Source: Solirubrobacterales bacterium
Lineage (GTDB): Bacteria; Actinomycetota; Thermoleophilia; Solirubrobacterales; 70-9
DNA: 43,058 nt
NCBI GenBank assembly: GCA_036393155.1
Contig: DASVWP010000280.1
Span: forward strand, 1-43,058
Direction: 5' to 3'
In this document: positions 8,028-16,150 of the stretch, piece by piece
Numbering within the stretch: the stretch's first letter is position 1
Layout: each line of letters begins with the position of its first letter
Made by a program: the position numbers and the translations under genes
Notes under the pieces: generated by a model
Seen by the model: the letters and a program-made list of their open reading frames with translations, nothing else
The model's database searches: none
What the model was told of the DNA's origin: nothing

Positions 8028-9515
8028 TTACCCGGCCCGGCCGGGACGGCGCGCCTTGCGCCGGTGGTCGATCTTGATCTTCAGCTTGCGCGAGATCGCC
8101 GCCACGTAGCTTTCGTCTTCGCCGACATAGGCGCGGAAGGTGGTGCGGTGACGGATCCGCGGCCGGAAGCGCACCGTGCAGGCGCGGTCGAGGTACCGGG
8201 TGGCGACGTGGCGCCGCCCTTCGAACAGCTTCACCGGCTCGCCCTTGCGCCCGTTGCAGGGAGAGACCCAGGCGGTCAGGAGCGCGCGGTGGTGACGGCG
8301 GATCCGGCGGCCGTGAGCCCTGATGCCGACGAACGAGGCGGCACGGGCGGTCGTGGGGGTCGAGCAGTCGGTCGGCGTCGGGCCTTCGACGCGGGAGACG
8401 ACGCCTTTGCCCGAGACCGCGTAGAGGCGGCCGCAGGAGTCTTCGCCGAAGGAGTCGAGTTCTTCGACCTGCAGGCCCTCGAAGCGGTCGGTGCCCCTCG
8501 GGTTCGCCGGGTCGAAGGAGCGGATTTCGCCCGTGCAGTGGTCGCCGTAGACGTAGCGGCCGTAGAGGCTGGCCAGGCCCGCGTCGCGGGAGACGTAGCC
8601 GCCGATGATCGCGCAGGGGCTCGTCGGGATCTGATGGGCGTAGGTGAAGATCGGTTCGACGAAGTCGGAGGCTTCGCTGCCGGCGCAGCCTTCGTCGGTC
8701 GCCGGCCCTTCGATCGTCCCCTCGCGGCAGTTCCAGCCGTAGTTGGCGCCGATGCCCAGCCCCGGCGCCGGTGCCGAGTCGACCTCCTCTTCGCGGTCCT
8801 GGCCGACGTCGGCGATGTAGATCGCGTGGGTCAGCCGGTCGAAGGAGAAGCGGAACGGGTTGCGCAGGCCGTAGCTCCAGATCGGGGCGAAATCGGCCGG
8901 GATCGAGGCGAAGGGGTTGCCGGCGGGGATCGTGTAGGGGGAGCTGCCGCTGGGGTTGGGATCGATCCGCAGCAGCTTCCCGAGCGGTTTTTCGAGGTTC
9001 TGCGCATTGTGGAATTCGTCGTTGGAGATGCCGCCGTCGCCGGTCGAGACGAAGAGCATTCCTTCGGGGCCGAACTGCAGCTGCCCGGCGTAGTGGTCGG
9101 TGTCTTCGGGGTGTTCGATGGTCAGCAGGTTGCGAAGGGTCGAGAGGGGGGCGCTGTTGCCGCTGGCCCGCATTTCGGCCACGTGGATCGCCGGCCAGGG
9201 CGTCTCGTTCCCGGTGTAGTCGACGAACAGGCGGCCGCTCGAGTCGAAGTCGGGCGCCAGGGCGATCGACAGGAGGCCGCCCTCCTCCCCGGTGGTGATC
9301 TGCGAAGTGAGGTCCGCGAAGGTGCGAGTGGTGCCTTCGTTCACTTCGGCGATCCGGCCGGGGCGTTCGACGACGAAGAGGCGTTCCGGGTTACCGGGGT
9401 CGGAGGTGACGAAGACCGGCCCTTCGAAGCGGCCGATCGGCTGCAGGGTGGCGGCCGAGGCGCTGGTTGCCCACAGGCAGCCGAGGACCGCGATCGCGGT
9501 GGCAAGGCGAGTCAC
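8028..9515 (-). CDS. Secreted PQQ-dependent sugar dehydrogenase (soluble glucose/sorbosone dehydrogenase-like beta-propeller) with a basic C-terminal extension
   Basis: It has a signal peptide (TRLATAIAVLGCLWATSASA) and the motifs GLLSIALAPDF, HYAGQLQFGPEGMLFVSTGDGG, GKLLRIDP, GLRNPFRFSFD and ANYGWN. I prefer GTG 9515, which has a TAACGT -10-like box 7 nt upstream, over the track start at 9539. Confidence 0.8.
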   Translation of the reverse strand: MTRLATAIAVLGCLWATSASAATLQPIGRFEGPVFVTSDPGNPERLFVVERPGRIAEVNEGTTRTFADLTSQITTGEEGGLLSIALAPDFDSSGRLFVDYTGNETPWPAIHVAEMRASGNSAPLSTLRNLLTIEHPEDTDHYAGQLQFGPEGMLFVSTGDGGISNDEFHNAQNLEKPLGKLLRIDPNPSGSSPYTIPAGNPFASIPADFAPIWSYGLRNPFRFSFDRLTHAIYIADVGQDREEEVDSAPAPGLGIGANYGWNCREGTIEGPATDEGCAGSEASDFVEPIFTYAHQIPTSPCAIIGGYVSRDAGLASLYGRYVYGDHCTGEIRSFDPANPRGTDRFEGLQVEELDSFGEDSCGRLYAVSGKGVVSRVEGPTPTDCSTPTTARAASFVGIRAHGRRIRRHHRALLTAWVSPCNGRKGEPVKLFEGRRHVATRYLDRACTVRFRPRIRHRTTFRAYVGEDESYVAAISRKLKIKIDHRRKARRPGRAG

Positions 9516-9556
9516 CTGGAGAACGTTAGCGACGCTCACGGTTAGTCTCCCGCGCG
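9516..9556. promoter_or_regulatory. Compact divergent promoter region with two facing -10-like boxes
   Basis: TAACGT on the minus strand (plus coordinates 9523-9528) lies 7 nt from GTG 9515. TAGTCT (9543-9548) lies 8 nt from ATG 9557. Confidence 0.45.
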
Positions 9557-10648
9557 ATGGACCGAATCCTGATCACCGGCGGGGCGGGCTTCGTGGGCTC
9601 CAACCTGGCCGTCGCCCTCGCCTCCCGCCACCCGGAGTGGGAGGTCGTGGCGCTCGACAACCTCTACCGCAAGGGGTCGGCGCTCAACCTGCCCCGGCTC
9701 GCCGAGGCCGGCGTCGAGTTCCTGGAAGGCGACGTCCGCAACCCCGAGGACCTCGCCACCGTGCCGGCGATCTCGGCGATGGTCGAGTGCTCGGCCGAGC
9801 CCTCGGTGATGAGCGGGGTCGACGGCGACACCGGCTACCTGGTCCACACCAACCTCACCGGCGCCTACAACTGCCTGGAGCTGGCCCGCCGCGACGGCGC
9901 CTTCTTCCTCTTCCTCTCGACCAGCCGCGTCTACCCGGTCGCCCCGCAGGTGGATCTGAACCTGGAGGAGGCCGCGACGCGGTTCGAGCTCGCCTCCGAG
10001 CAGGACGTGCCGGGCGTCTCGCCGGCCGGCATTTCCGAGGCCTTCCCGCTGGACGGCGCGCGGACCCTCTACGGGACCACCAAGCTGGCGGCCGAGCTGC
10101 TGATCGAGGAGTACCGGAGCGGCCTCGGCGTCCCGGCGGCGATCGACCGCTGCGGCGTCATCGCCGGGCCCTGGCAGATGGGCAAGGTCGATCAGGGAGT
10201 GTTCACGCACTGGATGCTGGCCCACTATTTCCGAAACCCTCTGAACTACATTGGTTTCGGAGGGCATGGAAAGCAGGTGCGCGATCTTCTCCACGTCGAC
10301 GACCTGGTCGACCTCGTCGAGCGCCAGCTGCTCGACCCCGGCTCCTGGGACGGGCGGACCGTGAACGTCGGCGGCGGCCGCGAGTGCAGTCTCTCCCTGC
10401 TGGAGACGACCGAGATCTGCCGGCGCCTGACCGGCAACGAGGTGCCGATCGGCTCGGTGCGGGAGACGCGGCAGGGTGACGTGCCCGTATACCTTTCCGA
10501 CTGCGCAAGGCTTTTCAGCCTCGACGAATGGCGCCCCCGTCGCAGCGCCGAACAGGTGCTCGCCGACATCCACGAGTGGATCGCGGCGGACGAGGAGCGG
10601 ATCGCCGAGGCGCTCGAGATCAAATCCCCGACGGGGGGAAGGGAGTAG
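9557..10648 (+). CDS. NAD-dependent epimerase/dehydratase (extended SDR, CDP-paratose-2-epimerase-like)
   Basis: It has the Rossmann motif [12 protein letters not shown] and the catalytic motifs STSRVY and YGTTKLAAE (YxxxK). Confidence 0.85.
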   Translation: MDRILITGGAGFVGSNLAVALASRHPEWEVVALDNLYRKGSALNLPRLAEAGVEFLEGDVRNPEDLATVPAISAMVECSAEPSVMSGVDGDTGYLVHTNLTGAYNCLELARRDGAFFLFLSTSRVYPVAPQVDLNLEEAATRFELASEQDVPGVSPAGISEAFPLDGARTLYGTTKLAAELLIEEYRSGLGVPAAIDRCGVIAGPWQMGKVDQGVFTHWMLAHYFRNPLNYIGFGGHGKQVRDLLHVDDLVDLVERQLLDPGSWDGRTVNVGGGRECSLSLLETTEICRRLTGNEVPIGSVRETRQGDVPVYLSDCARLFSLDEWRPRRSAEQVLADIHEWIAADEERIAEALEIKSPTGGRE

Positions 10649-10655
10649 GCAACGG

Positions 10656-11729
10656 ATGCCGGTAGCGATCATCACGGGGGCCGGGGGGCTGATCGGCTCG
10701 GAGGCGGTCGGGCACTTCGTCGGCGGGGGGTTCGACGTGGTCGGGATCGAGAACGACATGCGGGCGCAGTTCTTCGGGCCGGAGTCCTCGACCTCCCACG
10801 TGACCGAGCGCCTGGTCGCCGAGCATCCGGAGTTCCGCTGGGAGAACGCGGACATCCGCGACACCGAGCGGGTCGAGCAGATCTTCCGCCAGCACGCCGG
10901 CCAGATCGAGCTGGTCATCCACACCGCCGCCCAGCCCTCCCACGACTGGGCCGCCAGCGCCCCGCAGGTCGACTTCGGCGTCAACGCCAATGGCACCCTC
11001 AACTTGCTCGAGGCCGCCCGCGCCCACTGCCCGGACGCGCCCTTCGTCTTCTGCTCGACCAACAAGGTCTACGGCGACACCCCGAACCGGCTGCCGCTGG
11101 AATCGCTGGAGAAGCGCCTGGAGCTGCCCTCGGACCATCCCTATTACAAGGGCATCGACACCTCGATGTCGATCGACTCCTCGACCCACTCGCTGTTCGG
11201 CGTCTCCAAGGCGGCCGCCGACCTGCTGGTCCAGGAGTACGGCCGCTACTTCGAAATGCCCACGGTCGCCTTCCGCGGCGGCTGCCTGACCGGGCCCCAG
11301 CACGCGGGCGCGAAGCTCCACGGCTTCCTCGCCTACCTGATGAAGTGCGTGGTCACCGGCACGCCGTACACGGTCTTCGGCTACGAGGGCAAGCAGGTGC
11401 GGGACAACATCCACAGCGCCGACCTGATCGCCGCCTTCGACGCCTTCCGCCGCTCCCCGCGGCCGGCGGCTGTCTACAACATCGGCGGCGGTCGCTTCTC
11501 CAACTGCTCGATGTTGGAGGCGATCGAGGTCTGCGAGCGGATCGCCGGCCGCGAGCTCGACTGGCAGATGGGGGAGGAGCCGCGGATCGGGGACCACCGC
11601 TGGTGGATCTCCGACCTGGCGCCCTTCCAGGCCGACTACCCGGACTGGAACCTGCGCTACGGGATCGAGGAGATTCTGCGGGAGATGTACGAGCAGAACC
11701 TCGAGCGCTGGAGCGTGAGCGCCGCGTGA
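10656..11729 (+). CDS. NAD-dependent epimerase/dehydratase (extended SDR), second tandem copy
   Basis: ATG 10656 lies 7 nt after the upstream TAG and is preceded by the purine-rich GGGGGGAAGGGAG. Motifs are [19 protein letters not shown] and FGVSKAAAD. Confidence 0.85.
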   Translation: MPVAIITGAGGLIGSEAVGHFVGGGFDVVGIENDMRAQFFGPESSTSHVTERLVAEHPEFRWENADIRDTERVEQIFRQHAGQIELVIHTAAQPSHDWAASAPQVDFGVNANGTLNLLEAARAHCPDAPFVFCSTNKVYGDTPNRLPLESLEKRLELPSDHPYYKGIDTSMSIDSSTHSLFGVSKAAADLLVQEYGRYFEMPTVAFRGGCLTGPQHAGAKLHGFLAYLMKCVVTGTPYTVFGYEGKQVRDNIHSADLIAAFDAFRRSPRPAAVYNIGGGRFSNCSMLEAIEVCERIAGRELDWQMGEEPRIGDHRWWISDLAPFQADYPDWNLRYGIEEILREMYEQNLERWSVSAA

Positions 11730-12499
11730 AGCTCTCGGTGGTGATGCCGGCCCAGAACGAGGAGGGGTCGGTGGGGGCGACCGTCGAAGGGGTGGTCGCG
11801 GTCCTCGAGCGGGAGGGTGTCGACTACGAGGTGGTCGTCGTCAACGACGACAGCGAAGATTCGACCGAAGCCGTCGTCGCCGCGATCGGCATGGCGAACC
11901 CACGGGTCAGGGTCCACCGCTCCCATCTGGATCGGGGGTTCGGCAACGCGATCCGCGCCGGTCTCGACGTCTTCGAGGGCGACGCGGTGGCGATCGTGAT
12001 GGCCGACGCCTCCGACAACCCCGAGGACCTCGTGATGTACCACCGGATCCTCGAGGAGGGCTGGGACTGCGCCTTCGGCTCCAGGTTCATGCCCGGCGCG
12101 CGGGTCTACGACTACCCGCGGCTCAAGTACGTCGTCAACCGCCTGGCCAACCAGTTCATCCGAGTGCTGTTCCGCCACCGCTACAACGACACCACCAACG
12201 CCTTCAAGGCCTACCGGCGCGAGGTCATCGAGACGATTCAGCCCCTGCTCTCGAAGCACTTCAACCTCACGGTGGAGATGCCGCTGAAGGCGATCGTCCG
12301 CGGTCACTCCTACAAGGTGGTTCCCACCAATTGGACCAATCGCGCCGCGGGCGAGGCGAAGCTGAAGATGAAGGAGATGGGCAGCCGCTACCTCTTCATC
12401 GTCCTCTACGTCTGGCTGGAGAACGCGCTGAGCCGCGGCGATTACCGCGTGGCCCAGCACCAGCCGGTCCGCGATCGGACCGGCGAGCCCACCGGTTAG
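11726..12499 (+). CDS. GT2 polyprenyl-phosphate glycosyltransferase (DPM1/GtrB/ArnC-like lipid-linked sugar synthase)
   Basis: GTG 11726 overlaps the upstream TGA (GTGA). Motifs are [21 protein letters not shown], the ADASD acidic motif and [11 protein letters not shown] short hydrophobic segment, [10 protein letters not shown], lies near the C-terminus. Confidence 0.8.
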   Translation: MKLSVVMPAQNEEGSVGATVEGVVAVLEREGVDYEVVVVNDDSEDSTEAVVAAIGMANPRVRVHRSHLDRGFGNAIRAGLDVFEGDAVAIVMADASDNPEDLVMYHRILEEGWDCAFGSRFMPGARVYDYPRLKYVVNRLANQFIRVLFRHRYNDTTNAFKAYRREVIETIQPLLSKHFNLTVEMPLKAIVRGHSYKVVPTNWTNRAAGEAKLKMKEMGSRYLFIVLYVWLENALSRGDYRVAQHQPVRDRTGEPTG

Positions 12500-12508
12500 C
12501 CAGGAGAA

Positions 12509-13168
12509 TCAGCTCTCGTTCGGTTCCCGGCGGCCGATCACCAGGAACTGCTTGCCCAGCAGTCGCCAGGCGAGCGGCGCTCCGAGGTAGGCCCGGGTCA
12601 GCGCCGGCGAGGCGGGCAGGCGACCGCGGAACGAGTACGGAAGGTACCGGGGGATGACCGTGGTTGGCTCGAAGCCGGCGGCGTAGAGGTGCTCGCCGAT
12701 CGAGCGGTCGGTCAGCGCCACGTAGTGATCGGCGCAGTCCCAGTAATCGCGCGAGCAGAAGCGGTAGTTGGGCCCCATCACGGCGATCCGGCCGCCGGGC
12801 TCCATCACGTCGCGCATCTTTTCCAGCACGGTCGCGATCGTCTCCTGGTTGGGCAGGTGCTCCAGGAAGTTCGACATGAAGACCCCGTCGAAGTGTTCGA
12901 GCGGCAGGTCGGCGTCGAGAATGGAGGCGGTCACGACTTTCGTGTCGGGCTTGTGGGCCGCCTCCGGGTAGCTGACCTCGTCGACCGCCCAGGTCTCGGG
13001 GGCCGGCACGGAGCCGATGAACTCGCCCCGTCCGGCTGCCGGGTCGAGGACCTTCTGCGGCCGGCCCATCAGCTCGTGGACGTGCGGGCTGATCTGCCGC
13101 CAGACGGCGATGCGCTCGTTCTGGTCGATGTCGCGGAAACGGAATCTGTAAAGGCGCTCGTAGTTCAC
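12509..13168 (-). CDS. Class I SAM-dependent methyltransferase
   Basis: Motifs are VLDPAAGRGEF, FMSNFLEHLP and GGRIAVMGPN. I prefer GTG 13168, which has TAGGCT 7 nt upstream, over the track start 13261, which would run into the divergent gene. Confidence 0.75.
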   Translation of the reverse strand: MNYERLYRFRFRDIDQNERIAVWRQISPHVHELMGRPQKVLDPAAGRGEFIGSVPAPETWAVDEVSYPEAAHKPDTKVVTASILDADLPLEHFDGVFMSNFLEHLPNQETIATVLEKMRDVMEPGGRIAVMGPNYRFCSRDYWDCADHYVALTDRSIGEHLYAAGFEPTTVIPRYLPYSFRGRLPASPALTRAYLGAPLAWRLLGKQFLVIGRREPNES

Positions 13169-13220
13169 GCGCGCAAGCCTATTGACCGCGACCGCTGGGA
13201 GATTGGCTAGCCTGCCGCCG
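13169..13220. promoter_or_regulatory. 52-bp divergent region with back-to-back -10-like boxes
   Basis: TAGGCT on the minus strand (plus coordinates 13176-13181) lies 7 nt from GTG 13168. TAGCCT (13208-13213) lies 7 nt from ATG 13221. Confidence 0.45.
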
Positions 13221-14243
13221 ATGGAGGCATCGCAGCAGTCGACGCTGGGCGCTCGCGGCAAGGAGCTGGCCCGGGCGGTGGCCCGGCGGTTCGGCTACGA
13301 GATCCACCCGGCCGGGGCGGCCATGCCCGGGCCCGACCCTTCCCAGGTCTCGATTCCGCGGGGCCGCGACGAGCGCTTCGAGGTGGAGGGTGAATACGAA
13401 GTACTGCCCAGGGGCCGCTACGACGTGGTCGCCCGCAACTACTACAGCCCGATCCCCGACCTCGAGCTGCTGCCCGAGGACATCTGGGACCGGCGCAGCG
13501 CCGCTGGCGGCGTCGATCTGCAGCTCGACCGGGCGATGGAGACGATCGAGGGCGAGCTCGCCCCATTTATCGCCGAGATGGACGTGCCGCTCTCGGGGCC
13601 GGCGCCTCCAGGGCGGTTCTTCCTGCGCAACGAAAACTACGAGGCGGTGGACGCCGAGCTGCTGTACGCGATGGTCCGGTCCCGCAAGCCGCGGCGGGTG
13701 CTCGAGCTCGGATCCGGGTACACGACGCTGCTGATCGGCGACGCTTGCCGCCGCAACGTCGCGGAGGGACGGCCCACCGAGCACATCGCGTTCGACCCAT
13801 ACCCAAGGGCCCACATCGTCGGCGACGGGCCACCCGAGCCGACCGTCTTCGAGCCGATCTCGGCGAACGACGTCCCGCTGGATCGCTTCAGCGAGCTGGG
13901 CACGGGGGACATCCTCTTTGTCGACACCACGCACACGGTGAAGCTCGGCAGCGACGTCAACCACATCGTCCTGGACATCCTGCCGAGCCTCGCCTCGGGC
14001 GTTCTCGTCCACTTCCACGACATCTTCATCCCCTGGGAGTACCCCCGGGGCTGGTTCGAGGAGATGCAGTACTACTGGGCCGAGCAGTACCTCCTGCAGG
14101 CGTTCCTCGCCTTCAACGACAGCTTCGAGGTGGTCCTGCCGGCAATGGCGGTGGCCCGCGAGTTCCCCGAGCGGCTGGGGGCTGTCGTGCCGAGTCTCGC
14201 TCCCGGTACCAGCCCCGGGGCCTTCTGGATCGTTCGCAAATAA
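13221..14243 (+). CDS. Class I SAM-dependent methyltransferase (Methyltransf_24/CmcI-like)
   Basis: Motifs are VLELGSGYTTLLI, ILFVDTTHTV, VLVHFHDIF and YWAEQYLLQAFL. I prefer ATG 13221 over the TTG at 13182. Confidence 0.7.
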   Translation: MEASQQSTLGARGKELARAVARRFGYEIHPAGAAMPGPDPSQVSIPRGRDERFEVEGEYEVLPRGRYDVVARNYYSPIPDLELLPEDIWDRRSAAGGVDLQLDRAMETIEGELAPFIAEMDVPLSGPAPPGRFFLRNENYEAVDAELLYAMVRSRKPRRVLELGSGYTTLLIGDACRRNVAEGRPTEHIAFDPYPRAHIVGDGPPEPTVFEPISANDVPLDRFSELGTGDILFVDTTHTVKLGSDVNHIVLDILPSLASGVLVHFHDIFIPWEYPRGWFEEMQYYWAEQYLLQAFLAFNDSFEVVLPAMAVAREFPERLGAVVPSLAPGTSPGAFWIVRK

Positions 14244-14255
14244 GCCCGTCGCGGT

Positions 14256-15032
14256 TCAGCGGCTGCGGCGCCAGGAAGCACCGGTCCAGTCGATCGTCTC
14301 GATCGGCTCCGTGATGCCGTTTGCCTGGCGGAAGTCGGTAACAGCCTCGCGGCACTGCGGGATCGCCCCGTAGTCGTCGATCACCACGAACCCGCCCGGG
14401 GAGAGGTCCGGGTAGAGGCTTTCGAGCGAGACGATCGTGGACTCGTACATGTCGCCGTCGAGTCGCAGCAACGACCACCGCTGGTTGCCGCGCAGGGGTG
14501 GCAGGGACTCGCTGAACCAGCCCCGCAGGAAGCGCACGCCCTGGTCGGAGATGCCGTACCTCTCGAATGCTGCGCGAACCTCGGCTTCGGAGACGGCCAG
14601 GAAGTCGAATTCGAAGTGCTCGTCGCTGCCGGCATCAGCGGGGTACTCCTCTGGTCGGGAGGGGGGGAGTCCTTCGAAGGAGTCGGCCAGCCAGACCTCT
14701 CGCCCCGCTTCGCCCAGGCCGTTGAGGAGCGCCCGCATGAATATGGAGGCCCCGCCCCGCCAGACTCCGGTCTCGATGAGGTCCCCCTCGATCCCGTCCT
14801 CGACGATCGCTTCCACGCAGGCCTGGAGATGGTCGAGGCGACGCAGCCCGACCATCGTCGTCCCGTTGAACGGCCAGTCTGCCCCCGTTTCCCTTCGCTC
14901 GAGCTCGGACGTGGGCAGGGGCTCGGGCTTGACGCTCCCGTCGGGTTGGGGGACCGCAGACATCGTCTGAGGTCCCAGCAGGTCACAAAGCCCTCGCTTG
15001 AGCAGCGTCAGGTATGCGGCTCGCCCGTCCAA
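14256..15032 (-). CDS. TylF/macrocin-type SAM-dependent O-methyltransferase (paralog 2)
   Basis: It aligns end to end with the 1566..2357 product and by eye is roughly two-thirds to three-quarters identical. The TTG start at 15032 sits at the position homologous to the paralog's ATG. A TAGAGT box lies 8 nt upstream. Confidence 0.85.
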   Translation of the reverse strand: MDGRAAYLTLLKRGLCDLLGPQTMSAVPQPDGSVKPEPLPTSELERRETGADWPFNGTTMVGLRRLDHLQACVEAIVEDGIEGDLIETGVWRGGASIFMRALLNGLGEAGREVWLADSFEGLPPSRPEEYPADAGSDEHFEFDFLAVSEAEVRAAFERYGISDQGVRFLRGWFSESLPPLRGNQRWSLLRLDGDMYESTIVSLESLYPDLSPGGFVVIDDYGAIPQCREAVTDFRQANGITEPIETIDWTGASWRRSR

Positions 15033-15106
15033 GTGCCGGAACTCTAGCCGTCGACAGGCGCCAGGGGCGCCTGGAAGCCGACGATCCGGTTGCTACGCTC
15101 CCGGCG
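15033..15106. promoter_or_regulatory. Divergent promoter region with two -10-like boxes flanking a perfect 8-bp palindromic hairpin
   Basis: TAGAGT on the minus strand is at plus coordinates 15041-15046. CAGGCGCC-AGG-GGCGCCTG is at 15055-15073. TGCTACGCT, an extended -10-like element, is at 15091-15099, 7 nt from ATG 15107. Confidence 0.45.
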
Positions 15107-16150
15107 ATGACCGATGCCTCTGCGGAGCGGAATCCCTCTGCGGCGCGTTACGACTTCGAAAAGATCGATCTGGCGTCGGACAGCGTTCATGCCGACGTCG
15201 TTCGCCTGGTCGGGGAGAACAAGCGGGTGCTTGAGCTGGGCCCCGCCACCGGGTACATGTCGCGCGTCTTCCGCGAGCGCGGCTGCAGCGTCGTCGGCAT
15301 CGAGATCGACGCCGAGATGGCCGAGCGCGCGGGCGAGTTCTGCGAGCGGGTGATCGTCGGCGACCTCGATGCGCTGGACCTCGCGGCGGAGTTGGGCGAC
15401 GAACGATTCGACGCGATCGTCGCCGCCGACGTGCTCGAGCACCTGCGGGACCCGCTGGCCGCGCTGACCAGTCTGCGCCCCTTTCTCGCCGCGGATGGAG
15501 CCTTCGTGATCTCGGTCCCCAACGTCGCCCACGGCAGCGTGCGCCTCGCGCTCCTGACAGGGCACTTCGACTACCGCGAGATCGGCCTCCTCGACTCCAC
15601 TCACCTGCGGTTCTTCACCCGTGAGACCTTCGAGGGCCTTCTCGACGAAGCCGAGCTCGGGCTCGCCGAGCTTCATCGGCACGACCTCAACCTCGACGCA
15701 TCCGAGGTCCCGTTCGACGCCGAGGCGATCCCTCTCGCCGTCAGGGAGCGCCTGGAGAGCGACCCGGACGCCCGGACCTACCAGTTCGTCGCCAAGGCGA
15801 TCCCGATGGATCGCGACGGTCTGCGCGAGATCCAGGCCCGGCTCCGGGAGCTGGCCGAGCTGCGGCTGGCCGCCGCTCGTGCGGCGGAGCTGGAGGACAA
15901 GATCGCCAAGATCGGGCAGCGCGAGGGCGAGCTCCGCAAGGCGCTGGTCGAGGCGCACGATCAGCTGCTGCGGCGAGACGCGCAGATCGAGGAGCTGCAC
16001 GGAGACGCGGTCCGGCGCGACGAGGAGATCAGGCGCGTGCACGCCCAGCTGCACGAGACCCAGTCTTACCTCGAGGGGATCCGCAGGAGCCCGTTCGGGT
16101 TCCTCTACAGGGTGCAGCAGGTGCTGCAGCGGATGCTGCGGGGGAGATGA
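15107..16150 (+). CDS. Class I SAM methyltransferase fused to a long C-terminal coiled coil and terminal amphipathic basic helix (WbdD-like chain-terminator architecture)
   Basis: The methyltransferase motifs are VLELGPATGYMS, AADVLEHL and GAFVISVPN. A heptad-rich, charged segment then spans about 15821-16078 (REIQARLRELAELRL...HAQLHETQSYLEG). The protein ends FGFLYRVQQVLQRMLRGR. Its stop overlaps the next ATG (ATGA at 16147-16150). Confidence 0.75.
   Translation: MTDASAERNPSAARYDFEKIDLASDSVHADVVRLVGENKRVLELGPATGYMSRVFRERGCSVVGIEIDAEMAERAGEFCERVIVGDLDALDLAAELGDERFDAIVAADVLEHLRDPLAALTSLRPFLAADGAFVISVPNVAHGSVRLALLTGHFDYREIGLLDSTHLRFFTRETFEGLLDEAELGLAELHRHDLNLDASEVPFDAEAIPLAVRERLESDPDARTYQFVAKAIPMDRDGLREIQARLRELAELRLAAARAAELEDKIAKIGQREGELRKALVEAHDQLLRRDAQIEELHGDAVRRDEEIRRVHAQLHETQSYLEGIRRSPFGFLYRVQQVLQRMLRGR

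Noticed and set aside
7164-11065. ORFs 7164..9545 (+, 793 aa) and 9542..11065 (-, 507 aa)
   Set aside because: They are antisense to the PPTase, PQQ-dehydrogenase and SDR genes, all of which have strong motifs. Their composition is low-complexity and rich in R, A, G, D and V. They are shadow ORFs.
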